From an uncultured Litorivicinus sp. (GTDB lineage: Bacteria > Pseudomonadota > Gammaproteobacteria > Pseudomonadales > Litorivicinaceae), in NCBI GenBank assembly GCA_902528165.1, contig CABZRL010000006.1:26346-90345 (forward strand): a stretch of 64,000 bases of DNA, given 5' to 3'. This document shows, piece after piece, positions 36,632-46,872 of the stretch. The notes under the pieces are model-generated. The model was not told the DNA's origin and did not search any database. It saw only the letters and a program-made list of their open reading frames with translations. A program made the position numbers and the translations under genes. Numbering within the stretch: the first letter of the stretch is position 1; each line of letters begins with the position of its first letter.

Positions 36632-37842
36632 TAACTGAGTTTCTGGAATGTCATGCAGGCATTGGTCCCACCAAATCCAAATGAATTTGAGAGGATGGTA
36701 TTGAGCGGTTGGTCGATCCGTTCAAGCGCAATCGGCATCCCTTCGGCTCCAGGATCGAGTGTTTCGATGTTGGCTGATGCTGTGATAAAATCGTTATGCA
36801 TCATTAAGATGGAGTAAATAGCTTCCTGAACACCGGCTGCGCCCAATGAATGCCCTGACAGCGATTTTGTTGATCCGATGATTGGCGCATTGGATCCAAA
36901 GACGGTTTTGATGGCATTGAGCTCGACTATGTCACCGGCAGGTGTCGACGTCCCATGCGCATTGATGTAGTCAATAGGGCCCTCGACGTCCTGGGTGGCG
37001 AGTTGCATGCAGCGAATTGCCCCTTCGCCTGATGGCGCGACCATGTCGGCGCCATCACTGGTTGCCCCATAGCCAACGATTTCCGCATAAATGGTTGCAC
37101 CACGTGCTTTCGCGTGTTCGTACTCTTCGAGGACTAAAGCTCCACCGCCGCCTGCAATCACAAAACCATCACGATTGGCATCATAAGCTCGGGACGCTTG
37201 TGAAGGCGTGTGGTTGTACTTCGACGAGAGCGCGCCCATCGCATCAAACAGACACGACAGCGTCCAGTGTTCTTCTTCACCGCCACCGGCAAACACAATA
37301 TCTTGTTTGCCCAGCTGGATCTGTTCCATGGCGTTACCCATACAGTGCAAACTGGTGGAGCAGGCTGACGACATGGAGTAATTCACGCCTTTGATTTGAA
37401 ATGCGGTAGCTAGATTCGCAGACACTGTCGAGCCCATAGTTTGAGTCACTCGATAGGGACCAACACGTTTGACGCCAAGTTCTCGCAGGATATCGGCAGC
37501 TTCGACCTGGCTTTGCGGGGAGGCGCCGCCAGATCCCATCACCAACCCAGTTCTTGGATGAGTCACTTCTGATGACTCAAGGCCTGAATCTTTGATTGCC
37601 TGTTGCAATGACAGGTAGGCATAGGCTGCAGCACTCCCCATAAACCGGAGGAGTTTTCGGTCAATATACTCAGAGAGATCCAAGTCAATGGAGCCGGAAA
37701 TTTGGCTTCTCATGCCGAGTTCTGCATAAGTCGGGTTGGCAGTAATTCCTGAGCGACCCAGTCGAAGGCTCTCAGTGACGGCCTTTGCATCAAGGCCAAG
37801 GCAGGAGGTGATCCCCAGTCCAGTGATGACTACTCTACGCAT
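36631..37842 (-). CDS. fabB: 3-oxoacyl-ACP synthase I
   Basis: [30 protein letters not shown]; downstream of fabA. Confidence 0.96.
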   Translation of the reverse strand: MRRVVITGLGITSCLGLDAKAVTESLRLGRSGITANPTYAELGMRSQISGSIDLDLSEYIDRKLLRFMGSAAAYAYLSLQQAIKDSGLESSEVTHPRTGLVMGSGGASPQSQVEAADILRELGVKRVGPYRVTQTMGSTVSANLATAFQIKGVNYSMSSACSTSLHCMGNAMEQIQLGKQDIVFAGGGEEEHWTLSCLFDAMGALSSKYNHTPSQASRAYDANRDGFVIAGGGGALVLEEYEHAKARGATIYAEIVGYGATSDGADMVAPSGEGAIRCMQLATQDVEGPIDYINAHGTSTPAGDIVELNAIKTVFGSNAPIIGSTKSLSGHSLGAAGVQEAIYSILMMHNDFITASANIETLDPGAEGMPIALERIDQPLNTILSNSFGFGGTNACMTFQKLS

Positions 37843-37872
37843 ACTGACTCCTTTCTCGTGGTGCGTTTGTGA

Positions 37873-38382
37873 TTAGAATCCGTCAGTCGATGTGAATAGG
37901 CCGACTTTCAGGTCTGTGGCGTGATAAATGGCGCGACCATCGACGCGAACCACTCCGTCTCCGAGTCCCATGACCAAAGCACGTGCGATGACACGTTTCA
38001 TTTCAATTTCGTAAGTCACAGTCTTGGCGGTTGGTAGAATTTGACCTGTAAATTTCACTTCGCCGACACCCAGTGCGCGTCCCTTGCCTGGATGCCCGCT
38101 CCAGCCAAGGAAAAAGCCAACCAGCTGCCACATGGCGTCGAGTCCTAAACAACCAGGCATCACCGGATCACCAGGAAAATGACACGCAAAAAACCAAAGA
38201 CTTGGATCAATATCGAGTTCAGCGATCATGTGGCCTTTCCCATGCTGTCCACCGTCTGATGTGATCGTGGTGATCCGATCCATCATCAGCATGTTGGGTG
38301 CGGGCAATTTCGCATTGCTTTCACCGAATAATTTGCCATGCGCGCAGTCGAGAAGTTCTTCCCGGTTGTATTGGTTTTGCAT
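37873..38382 (-). CDS. fabA: 3-hydroxydecanoyl-ACP dehydratase/isomerase
   Basis: [27 protein letters not shown]; start at ATG 38382 (MQNQY) after GAGGA. Confidence 0.97.
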   Translation of the reverse strand: MQNQYNREELLDCAHGKLFGESNAKLPAPNMLMMDRITTITSDGGQHGKGHMIAELDIDPSLWFFACHFPGDPVMPGCLGLDAMWQLVGFFLGWSGHPGKGRALGVGEVKFTGQILPTAKTVTYEIEMKRVIARALVMGLGDGVVRVDGRAIYHATDLKVGLFTSTDGF

Positions 38383-38565
38383 TAATCCTCGTAGCCCCTT
38401 AGGGCAGCTATGATCAAAAACAGCAGTGTACCAGAAACCCGGCTTGAGGCTGAATGATGTGCAGTTTTTGCATGAGGTGGTCGTTTCATCCTTTCTGAGA
38501 ATACGTTTTTCGAGCACTTCTGGTAGGCTTCAGATCCCATCTCAACAACGAAGGATGATGACCTC

Positions 38566-40080
38566 ATGACCGCGATTCGTCAGGACGATTTGATCGATAG
38601 TGTCGCCGATGCACTTCAGTTTATTTCCTACTACCACCCGGTGGATTTTATCCAAGCAGTGAATGAAGCTTATGAGCGTGAAGAATCGCCTGCAGCGAAG
38701 GACGCGTTGGCACAAATTCTGATCAATTCGCGAATGTCAGCTATGGGTCGTCGACCGTTATGTCAGGATACCGGAATTGTCACCGTCTTCATCAAAGTGG
38801 GTATGCATGTGACTTGGGATGGGGCAACCATGTCGGTCACTGACATGATTAATGAGGGTGTGCGTCGAGCGTACACGCATCCGGATAACGTGTTGCGTGC
38901 ATCGATTCTTGAGGATCCTGATGGCGCTCGGAAGAACACCAAGGATAATACACCGGCAGTAATTCACTACGAGATTGTTGAAGGTCATACGGTTGATGTT
39001 CAGGTCGCGGCGAAGGGTGGCGGATCGGAAAATAAATCGAAGATGGTCATGCTGAATCCGTCCGATTCGATTGCCGACTGGGTCGTTAAGACTGTGCCGA
39101 CCATGGGCGCGGGCTGGTGTCCGCCAGGGATGCTTGGGATTGGGATCGGTGGCACAGCCGAAAAAGCGGCGGTGATGGCCAAAGAATCACTCATGAATCC
39201 GATTGATATTCATGAGTTGCGCGAGCGGGGTCCAAAGACCCGTGCAGAAGAGCTCCGCCTCGAGATTTTTGAGGCGGTGAACAATCTAGGCATCGGGGCC
39301 CAGGGTCTTGGTGGATTGACCACGGTTTTGGACATTAAGATTAAAGACTTTCCAACCCATGCGGCATCCAAGCCTGTTGCGATGATCCCAAATTGCGCGG
39401 CGACCCGCCACGTGCATTTTGTGTTGGATGGATCAGGCCCTGCGCTACAGAAAGCGCCATCAATCGATCAATGGCCTGATATTACCTGGGACGTTGGTCC
39501 GAGTGCGCGCCGTGTGAATCTCGATACTTTAACGCGTGATGAGGTGACGTCTTGGAAGCCAGGTGAAACGTTATTGTTAAATGGAGTCATGCTGACTGGT
39601 CGTGATGCTGCCCATCAACGGATTGTGGTAATGCTCAACCGAGGCGAAACCCTGCCTGTCGACCTGTCGGGTAAGGTGATTTATTACGTTGGACCCGTGG
39701 ACCCAGTTCGGGATGAAGTGGTTGGACCGGCGGGTCCTACGACCTCGACTCGAATGGATAAATTTACCGATCGATTGCTTGAGCAAACAGGGTTGTTTGC
39801 GATGGTTGGTAAGGCGGAGCGTGGGCCTGTTGCGATTGAGGCCATCAAGAAACATCAAGCGGCCTATTTGATGGCCGTCGGTGGGGCGGCTTATCTGGTT
39901 GCGCAAGCGGTTAAATCTTCCCGGATTATTGCGTTTGAGGATTTGGGGATGGAGGCGATTCACGAATTTGTGGTGGAAGATATGCCCGTGACTGTTGCCG
40001 TTGACGCAGAGGGAACCAGCGTTCATCAGACAGGTCCAGCGGAGTGGGCACAAAAAATCTTGGCCAAAAACATTGGATAG
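38566..40080 (+). CDS. Class I (Fe-S) fumarate hydratase
   Basis: RPLCQDTG, AKGGGSEN, GWCPPG, GPTTSTRMD. Confidence 0.96.
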   Translation: MTAIRQDDLIDSVADALQFISYYHPVDFIQAVNEAYEREESPAAKDALAQILINSRMSAMGRRPLCQDTGIVTVFIKVGMHVTWDGATMSVTDMINEGVRRAYTHPDNVLRASILEDPDGARKNTKDNTPAVIHYEIVEGHTVDVQVAAKGGGSENKSKMVMLNPSDSIADWVVKTVPTMGAGWCPPGMLGIGIGGTAEKAAVMAKESLMNPIDIHELRERGPKTRAEELRLEIFEAVNNLGIGAQGLGGLTTVLDIKIKDFPTHAASKPVAMIPNCAATRHVHFVLDGSGPALQKAPSIDQWPDITWDVGPSARRVNLDTLTRDEVTSWKPGETLLLNGVMLTGRDAAHQRIVVMLNRGETLPVDLSGKVIYYVGPVDPVRDEVVGPAGPTTSTRMDKFTDRLLEQTGLFAMVGKAERGPVAIEAIKKHQAAYLMAVGGAAYLVAQAVKSSRIIAFEDLGMEAIHEFVVEDMPVTVAVDAEGTSVHQTGPAEWAQKILAKNIG

Positions 40081-40118
40081 CTTTGATGGTCGTTGAGGGC
40101 ATCGATCTCAGCGACCTA

Positions 40119-40146
40119 TTGATGCTGGATTTCTGCGTGATAAACT
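40119..40146 (+). promoter_or_regulatory. Possible sigma70 promoter for the pterin dehydratase / ATP-grasp genes
   Basis: TTGATG, 16 bp, TAAACT. Confidence 0.45.
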
Positions 40147-40179
40147 ATCGTTCTATTTGAGTAAAAATTAATCAGAGAG

Positions 40180-40446
40180 GTGATGATGGAGTGCGCCCCT
40201 CAGGATTGGAACGAAGAGTTGAAAGGTGGAGTTCAGGTGCTGACTCGTACCTTTCAGTTTGATGATTTCAGTCAAGCGATGGCGTTTGCGACCCGTGTTG
40301 GTGAAGCTGCTGATGCTGCTGATCACCATCCGGAAATTACGGTGAGCTGGGGCCGTGTGCGGGTCGATTGGTGGTCTCATGATGCAAAAGGTGTGACGTC
40401 TCGGGATATTTCGCTTGCCGAGACGACCAATCGATTGTATTCATAG
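40180..40446 (+). CDS. Pterin-4-alpha-carbinolamine dehydratase
   Basis: DHHPEI, WWSHD, LTRTFQF; exact start among GTG/ATG/ATG uncertain. Confidence 0.9.
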   Translation: MMMECAPQDWNEELKGGVQVLTRTFQFDDFSQAMAFATRVGEAADAADHHPEITVSWGRVRVDWWSHDAKGVTSRDISLAETTNRLYS

Positions 40447-40478
40447 CGCCGCTTTTGATCTCTACCGCGGAAGGTTCC

Positions 40479-41534
40479 ATGCGGATTGCTTTTGTTGTGG
40501 CCGATTGGACAGAGATGATGCCGGGAAAGAGTTCAACACTCGCCATGATTCGTGAGGCCGTGGCTCGTGGTCACCAAACCTATATTTTGTACCCCCGAGA
40601 CCTGACTGTGCGCGATAACGTGGCTTACGGGTTTGCACGTCGAGTCAATGTTGAGGGTAAGGTGTCTGATTCGGTGCCAACGTTTTATAAGAAGGTCACG
40701 CTCTCTGAGAAAACGTTGCCACTGCATTCACTGGATGCCATTTTTGTTCGTCGGAATCCGCCACTTGATCCAATTGTTCTGAATTTCCTTCATTCCATCA
40801 AAGCAGAGACAGTCGTTCTGAATGACGTGGATGGCATTCGTAAGGCAAACAATAAAATCTATACCACCAGCTTCCATACCGTTGGCCCTGAGTATCTTCC
40901 AGAAACTTACGTCTCTAAAAACAAAGAATATTTGAAACGAATCATTCGGGAATCTGACTGAGATTGTTAGATTTTAAAGCCATTAGATGGGTCCGGTGAG
41001 CGCGGTGTCATTCTTCTAGAGACCAAAGCTCGGGGATCGTTGAATTCGTTACTCGATTTTTACATCGATTCGAATCATGGCCAGAGTAACTATGTCATCC
41101 TCCAAGAATATCTTGAAGCCGCTCAAGAGGGCGATGTTTGAGTGTTGTTGTTAGGCGGAGAATATCTAGGGGCTTATCAACGTCGACCGTCACCTGACGA
41201 CATTCGAGCCAACATTCAAGCTGGTGCAACAGCGCACGCTGTGACGTTGTCCGACGAACAGCATCAACTGCTTAGGAAAATTGGTCCGCAATTAATGGCT
41301 GATGGACTGCACTTCGTGGGTTTAGATTTAATCGGTAACAAGCTTTTAGAGGTGAACGTGTTGAACCCCGGCGGCATTACGAACATCAACCGCCTGAATC
41401 GAAAAAAGCTGGAAAAGAAAGTCCTTGATTATGTCGAGCGCCTGGTCGCAGAGCGTCACGCGAAACACTCGGAGCTGGAGCTACGCTTGAGTCGACTGGC
41501 AGAACTTCGGCAGCACCTCGACGGCGCGCATTAA
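40479..41534 (+). pseudogene. Glutathione synthetase-like (GshB/RimK ATP-grasp) gene with three in-frame stops
   Basis: ORFs 40455-40961 and 41142-41534 share one frame. The bridge reads ESD*DC*ILKPLDGSGERGV...VILQEYL...EGDV*VLLLGG; stops TGA 40959, TAG 40968, TGA 41139. C-terminal GLDLIG/LEVNVLNPGG motif intact. Confidence 0.85.
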
Positions 41535-42523
41535 GCGCGCACGTCAATCAGAATACGCCCTGACACTTCATTGTTGATGAGTTGCTCGGCGGTGTCTTTT
41601 ACGTCCTCAAGCCCAATGGTCCGAGTGCTGGCATCGAGTTGATCAGTAGTGACGTTTTCTGACAGTAATTGCCATGCGCGCTCACGAGTTTCAGTGGGTG
41701 CATGAACTGAATCAACACCCTGTAAACGGATGTTTCTCAAGATAAATGGGAAGACGGTTGTCGAGAACTGGGATCCACCAGCATTTCCGGTGGATACGAT
41801 AACACCGCTATACATGATTTGGGGAATTAAGGTCGCAAGGACCTGGCCACCTGCGGTATCAATGGCACCTGCAAAACGGGTACTTTCTAATGGTTTTGGA
41901 TCGCGGGTGAAATCGGCTCGATCGAGAATTTCTGTGGCGCCCAATTGTTTCAATCGCGCATGTTCAGACACACGACCGGTAATGGCATGTACTTCATAGC
42001 CTAGGGTGGACAGCACAGTGGTGGCGATGCCTCCCACGCCACCACCGGCTCCGGAGACGGCGATCGGCCCATCAGCGGGTTTGACGCCCGAATCCAGTAG
42101 CGCGATGACGCAAAGCATCCCCGTCAGACCGCCGGTCCCAAACTGCATCGCTTGACGACTGTCCAGCGCATGAGGTGTTTTTACGAGATAGGAGCCAGGC
42201 ACCCGAACCTGTTCTGACATTCCGCCAGTGTGTGTTTCACCAACACCGTGTCCGGTCAGAATCACGTGCTCACCGGGATGAAATTGAGGATCATCAGATT
42301 CCAAGACCACACCGGCTGCATCAATACCTGGAATCATTGGGAAATGACGGATAATTTTCCCTTTGCCTGTTACAGCCAACGCGTCTTTGTAGTTGAGGGA
42401 ACTGAATTCATTGGCAATCAACACATTTCCGGTTGCGAGATCATCAGCGGTGAGGCGCTCAATCTTCACGTCTGGACTTGCAGTGTCTGTTTGGTGTAAG
42501 CGGAGTGCGCGAAAATCGGTCAT
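41531..42523 (-). CDS. acuI: Acryloyl-CoA reductase AcuI/YhdH family (MDR)
   Basis: SSLNYKDALA, PGIDAAG, SGAGGGVG, FPFILR, GVDSV; ATG 42523 after AAGGA. Confidence 0.85.
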   Translation of the reverse strand: MTDFRALRLHQTDTASPDVKIERLTADDLATGNVLIANEFSSLNYKDALAVTGKGKIIRHFPMIPGIDAAGVVLESDDPQFHPGEHVILTGHGVGETHTGGMSEQVRVPGSYLVKTPHALDSRQAMQFGTGGLTGMLCVIALLDSGVKPADGPIAVSGAGGGVGGIATTVLSTLGYEVHAITGRVSEHARLKQLGATEILDRADFTRDPKPLESTRFAGAIDTAGGQVLATLIPQIMYSGVIVSTGNAGGSQFSTTVFPFILRNIRLQGVDSVHAPTETRERAWQLLSENVTTDQLDASTRTIGLEDVKDTAEQLINNEVSGRILIDVRA

Positions 42524-42569
42524 GGGGAGTATCCTTATCAATATCCCCTAATGGTAGGGTGTTTTGACC

Positions 42570-42602
42570 AAAAAAAAAGAGGAACCGAAGTTCCTCTTTT
42601 TT
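42570..42602 (-). terminator. Intrinsic terminator after phasin gene (A/T tracts on both sides)
   Basis: AAAAAAAAAGAGGAAC-CGAA-GTTCCTCTTTTTT. Confidence 0.9.
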
Positions 42603-42618
42603 CGAGTCGACTTAGCGA

Positions 42619-42984
42619 TTAGTGCTTAGTCGCAGTCTCGATAGCGCCTTTAACCACATTAGTTGCTTCGTCGCGGCTTTTCACAAGAGTTTCCTGTGAA
42701 GCTTTAGCAGCGTCGATCAAGCGAGCTTGAAGGCCCTGAAGGTAAGACTTCTGTGATTCAACAACAGTAGCCAGATCTTTTTCAGCTGACAGAGCTTTTG
42801 CTTGCTCCATCGCGCCTTCTGCGAGTTCTTTAACAAGCGCAGTCTGCTGTTCAGCAAGAGCTTCAACAGTTGCTTTGTTGATTTCGAACAGGTCAGTCAT
42901 TGGCTTCATTGCAGTTTCATAAGACTTCATGTCAAACGCTTGCTTCATGTTAGCCTGCATGTCTTCGATCATTTTTGCGTACAT
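42619..42984 (-). CDS. phaP: Phasin family protein
   Basis: Ala/Lys/Gln/Glu-rich helical protein of about 120 aa beside phaR/phaC; second ATG chosen for SD spacing. Confidence 0.8.
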   Translation of the reverse strand: MYAKMIEDMQANMKQAFDMKSYETAMKPMTDLFEINKATVEALAEQQTALVKELAEGAMEQAKALSAEKDLATVVESQKSYLQGLQARLIDAAKASQETLVKSRDEATNVVKGAIETATKH

Positions 42985-43009
42985 AATCATTCCCCTTTCA
43001 ATGGTTTTG

Positions 43010-43079
43010 TGCGATGCACAAGATTTGAGAGAAAGATATCATGTTGCAGTGCAGCGTCAACACTTTTTTGTGCGTTGCA
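43010..43079 (-). promoter_or_regulatory. phaP promoter with three PhaR-type operators (TGC-N3-GCA)
   Basis: TGCGATGCA 43010, TGCAGTGCA 43045, TGCGTTGCA 43071; minus-strand TTGACG (43060-43055), 16 bp, TATCTT (43038-43033). Confidence 0.75.
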
Positions 43080-43088
43080 TTAAAAAAC

Positions 43089-43544
43089 TTATTCGTCTTT
43101 GGTCGAAGGCTTGCCGCCCAGTATGGTCTGAGACATGGATTCCCAGAGTTTCATGTTGTCTTCAGTCATTTTTTGCAGTACGCCAATGGGCGAGGTTGCA
43201 CCAATCACGGAGCGAACTTGGTCTTGCATGACTTCTTGTTGGTTCAAGAAAAATGAAATGGATTGTTCGAGGAAATGCGCCATGTTGGTTTGCATGCCGG
43301 ATCCGTAGAAACGGATTAAATGCTGAAGCACTTCGTTGGTGAGCACGTGCTCGCCAGCATCATTTTCCTGTTCCATAATGATCTGGAGTAGGATGGAGCG
43401 CGTGAGATCGTCTCCGGATTTGGAATCCACCACACGAAAGCGTTCATGGCCAAGCACTAAATCCCGAACGTTATCTATGGTCACGTAGCAACTTTGCGAA
43501 GTGTCGTAGAGTCGGCGATTGGGGTATTTTTTCAGTGTTCGCAT
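43089..43544 (-). CDS. phaR: Polyhydroxyalkanoate synthesis repressor PhaR
   Basis: KKYPNRRLYDT, DLTRSILLQII, LIRFYG. Confidence 0.95.
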   Translation of the reverse strand: MRTLKKYPNRRLYDTSQSCYVTIDNVRDLVLGHERFRVVDSKSGDDLTRSILLQIIMEQENDAGEHVLTNEVLQHLIRFYGSGMQTNMAHFLEQSISFFLNQQEVMQDQVRSVIGATSPIGVLQKMTEDNMKLWESMSQTILGGKPSTKDE

Positions 43545-43625
43545 GAGAATGCCTGTTTATATGAATTATTCCTACGGAAGATACTCACAAATTGATGCGA
43601 GCGCAAAAAGTTTGAGAGGCTGGGT

Positions 43626-45224
43626 TTGCAAGGATTACAGGGCTTTGACCCGTCAAAACACGAATGGATTCAGGCTTGGCTTGCCAGATTGACCGCGGAA
43701 AGCCAATTACTTTCATTCTTTGAACAGTCTAGAGCCCATGATCTCTGGCGTCTGCTCACTGCGCTTTCGGTTGAGGACCCTGATCGATTCCGGGCATTCT
43801 CAAGTCAACTTTTCCCGAAATTACTGAGCGCTCTTCTGGATGCAGGGACTGACGACTCTGCTTGGTCGCGACTATTTGATGAGGTCAGCTCGTCATTTCC
43901 AGAGGTGGGTGGTTTTGATCGATCGCAGATTTTGTGGCTCATCCGACAAGTTCAGGCGACTGACGATTTGCTGGTCAAACTCCGGTCCACATTTGAGGCC
44001 GGTGAGATGAATGTTGAACAAGGTCTCGAGAATTGGCGCCAAGATATTCTTGCAGGTGCCATCTTGCCTGATACGTTAAGACCGGATGCGTTTTCTTTGG
44101 GTCGTAATTTAGCCGCAACGCCAGGCGATGTGGTTTTCGAGAATCAACTGTTTCAGTTAATCCAGTATCGACCAGCGACCGAGTCGGTGCATCAAAATCC
44201 GATTCTGTTAATTCCTGCTTTTGTGAATCGGTTTTATATTTTGGATCTCTCCGGCGAGTATTCGATGGTCCGTTGGCTGGTTGATCAAGGCCATACGGTA
44301 TTCCTGATGAGTTGGGTTAATCCAACAGAGATGCTGGCGCCCTATGACATGACGCATTATGTGTTGGACGGTGGGTTGGCTGCACTGGATCAGATTGATC
44401 GCATGCTGCCGAGGACTCGGACACAATTGATGGGATACTGTGCCGGTGGAGTAGTTGCAACACTGCTCACTGCTTGGTTGAAGGCGCGCGGTGAAGATCG
44501 CATCGCCTCATTGTCGCTTTTAACAACCCTGTTGGATTATTCAGATCCCGGACCCTTGGGCCAGTTCGTGTCTGCAGAGACGATTGAATCGCTTCGGAAA
44601 CCTTTAACAGAGATAGGTTACTTACCGGCCGAACTGATGTTGCGGACCTTTGCAAGCTTACGGCCGCATGATCTCCTGTTCGGGCGCATGTTGAATTCTT
44701 ATGTACTCGGCCAACGTGCAAAGCCCTTTCCCCTTCTGCACTGGCTTGGTGACGGCACTCGAACACCTGCCTCTTTGGTGCTGTGGATTTTGGAGCAACT
44801 CTATTTAAAGAATGCTTTGGTGAGTGAGTCGCGAATGCAGCTTGCCGGTCAGCCGATCGATCTCTCTGCCATCGACTGCCCCACGTTTCTTCTCGCCACG
44901 GAAAGCGATGATATTAGCCCTTGGCAGAGTGTGATGATGGCCGCCGATCGCTTTGGTGTAGGGCCTGTGTGCGTGCTTGCCCAAGGTGGCCATAATGCGG
45001 GCGTCATCAGCCCCCCCACCAAGCAACGGCATGATCACTATCGCTTGGATTCATCGGACTGGTTGAATAAAACGATCGCATTACGATCTGAGGGAAGTTG
45101 GTGGTTGACCTGGAATGAATTCCTAGAGAAGCAGCAAGGATCATCTGTATCACCACCGACTCCAGGAGGGGGGATTCGACCTGTGATAGAGGAGGCGCCG
45201 GGTCGATACGTGAAGCAATCCTGA
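43626..45224 (+). CDS. phaC: PHA synthase (PhaC-like, divergent N-terminus)
   Basis: ATPGDVVFEN, LIQYRP, NRFYILDL, lipase box GYCAGG, D in SDDISPW, GGHNAG, EAPGRYV; TTG start after GAGAGG. Confidence 0.85.
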   Translation: MQGLQGFDPSKHEWIQAWLARLTAESQLLSFFEQSRAHDLWRLLTALSVEDPDRFRAFSSQLFPKLLSALLDAGTDDSAWSRLFDEVSSSFPEVGGFDRSQILWLIRQVQATDDLLVKLRSTFEAGEMNVEQGLENWRQDILAGAILPDTLRPDAFSLGRNLAATPGDVVFENQLFQLIQYRPATESVHQNPILLIPAFVNRFYILDLSGEYSMVRWLVDQGHTVFLMSWVNPTEMLAPYDMTHYVLDGGLAALDQIDRMLPRTRTQLMGYCAGGVVATLLTAWLKARGEDRIASLSLLTTLLDYSDPGPLGQFVSAETIESLRKPLTEIGYLPAELMLRTFASLRPHDLLFGRMLNSYVLGQRAKPFPLLHWLGDGTRTPASLVLWILEQLYLKNALVSESRMQLAGQPIDLSAIDCPTFLLATESDDISPWQSVMMAADRFGVGPVCVLAQGGHNAGVISPPTKQRHDHYRLDSSDWLNKTIALRSEGSWWLTWNEFLEKQQGSSVSPPTPGGGIRPVIEEAPGRYVKQS

Positions 45225-45227
45225 AGT

Positions 45228-45264
45228 TTGGCGTTTTTCAAACACTTCTATACACTTCGCGCGC
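45228..45264 (+). promoter_or_regulatory. Possible prfC promoter
   Basis: TTGGCG, 17 bp, TACACT, then TCGCGCGC. Confidence 0.5.
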
Positions 45265-45288
45265 TAGAAACACTGATTGAGACCCAAC

Positions 45289-46869
45289 GTGAATCAAATT
45301 GAACGGGAAGGTGCGATTCGACGCACATTCGCCATCATTTCGCACCCTGACGCTGGTAAAACCACCATGACCGAGAAGCTCTTGCTGTTCGGCAATGCGA
45401 TTTCGGTCGCAGGAACCGTCAAGGCAAGAAAAGCAGAGCGACATGCAACATCTGACTGGATGCAGATGGAACAAGAACGCGGCATTTCGGTGACCACTTC
45501 GGTGATGCAATTTCCCTATCAAGGTCGAGTTGTCAATCTTCTGGATACCCCTGGGCACGAGGATTTTTCCGAAGACACCTACCGCACTCTGACCGCGGTG
45601 GACTCGGCATTGATGGTGCTTGATGGCGCTAAAGGCGTCGAGGATCGCACCATCAAATTGATGCAGGTATGTCGACTGCGGACCACGCCGATTGTTTCAT
45701 TCGTCAATAAGTTAGACCGTGATATTCGTGATCCCATCGAATTGATGGATGAGGTCGAAGAGGTTTTGAAGATCAACGCTACACCTGTGACTTGGCCGAT
45801 TGGGATGGGACCGCACTTCAAAGGTGTCTATCACCTGAGAACAGATACTTTGCATGTCTATGTCAAAGGCCAAGGCGACCGTATTCCCGATGATATCCAA
45901 ATTCAGGGATTAGATTCAGATGAAGCGCGGGAGCTTTTAGGGACTGAGTGGCAGGATTTTTCAGATCAGGTTGAGCTCGTTAGAGAAGCGACTCCTGACT
46001 TTGAGTTTGAGCGATTTTTGGCCGGTGAGTTGACGCCCGTATTTTTTGGTACAGCAATGGGTAATTTTGGTGTGCGAGAGATGCTGAATGATTTTGTGGA
46101 ATATGCACCAAAGCCCATCGTACGAGAAACAGAAACACGTGTAGTGAATCCCACTGAAGAGAAGTTCAGCGGGTTTGTCTTTAAGATTCAGGCGAACATG
46201 GATCCGAAGCATCGCGACCGCATCGCCTTTCTACGGGTGTGCTCGGGAGCCTACAAAAAAGGCATGAAGATTAAGCATACACGGATTGGTAAAGACGTCA
46301 GGATCTCAGATGCCGTGACCTTTTTAGCTGGTGATCGGGCATCGGCCGAAGAGGCATACCCCGGAGATATTTTAGGTCTTCACAATCACGGCACGATTCA
46401 AATTGGAGATACCTTCACCGAAGGAGAAGATCTGCAATTTACCGGGATCCCGCATTTTGCGCCTGAGCTATTTCGACGTGTCCGTCTAAAAGATCCGTTG
46501 AAAACCAAACAGTTGCAGAAAGGGCTCACCCAGTTGTCGGAAGAGGGTGCGACTCAGGTATTCATGCCGCATAAAAACAACGACTTAATTGTCGGAGCCG
46601 TCGGTGTTCTTCAGTTTGATGTGGTGGCCTTTCGATTATTGGATGAGTACAAAGCAGAAGCAGTTTACGACCAAATCAATGTGTACACAGCCCGATGGAT
46701 CAAATGTGACGATCCAAAAATGCTCGCTGATTTTAAAAAGAAGGCGTGTGAGAATCTCGCCGACGATGGTGGTGGATATCTCACGTATCTTGCGCCATCA
46801 CGGGCGAATTTGCAGCTGATGCAAGAGCGTTGGCCAGACGTTCAGTTTTTGGAAACCCGAGAGCATTGA
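45289..46869 (+). CDS. prfC: Peptide chain release factor 3
   Basis: [30 protein letters not shown]; start GTG 45289 or TTG 45277. Confidence 0.98.
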   Translation: MNQIEREGAIRRTFAIISHPDAGKTTMTEKLLLFGNAISVAGTVKARKAERHATSDWMQMEQERGISVTTSVMQFPYQGRVVNLLDTPGHEDFSEDTYRTLTAVDSALMVLDGAKGVEDRTIKLMQVCRLRTTPIVSFVNKLDRDIRDPIELMDEVEEVLKINATPVTWPIGMGPHFKGVYHLRTDTLHVYVKGQGDRIPDDIQIQGLDSDEARELLGTEWQDFSDQVELVREATPDFEFERFLAGELTPVFFGTAMGNFGVREMLNDFVEYAPKPIVRETETRVVNPTEEKFSGFVFKIQANMDPKHRDRIAFLRVCSGAYKKGMKIKHTRIGKDVRISDAVTFLAGDRASAEEAYPGDILGLHNHGTIQIGDTFTEGEDLQFTGIPHFAPELFRRVRLKDPLKTKQLQKGLTQLSEEGATQVFMPHKNNDLIVGAVGVLQFDVVAFRLLDEYKAEAVYDQINVYTARWIKCDDPKMLADFKKKACENLADDGGGYLTYLAPSRANLQLMQERWPDVQFLETREH

Positions 46870-46872
46870 TCT

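Noticed and set aside
37873-38517. Extended N-termini in the ORF track (fabA; likewise rplJ, rpsL, fusA, rpsJ, rplC, rplB, rpsC, rplF, csrA, trmD)
   Set aside because: These come from upstream alternative start codons; SD positions and family lengths support the shorter starts.
40959-41141. Genome-wide stop reassignment, or Sec/Pyl insertion, as the cause of the ATP-grasp stops
   Set aside because: TGA and TAG end conserved genes normally here (tuf, rplK, rpsJ, fumarase), tRNA-Trp has a normal CCA anticodon, the third stop falls on a conserved Arg rather than Cys, and two stop types are involved.
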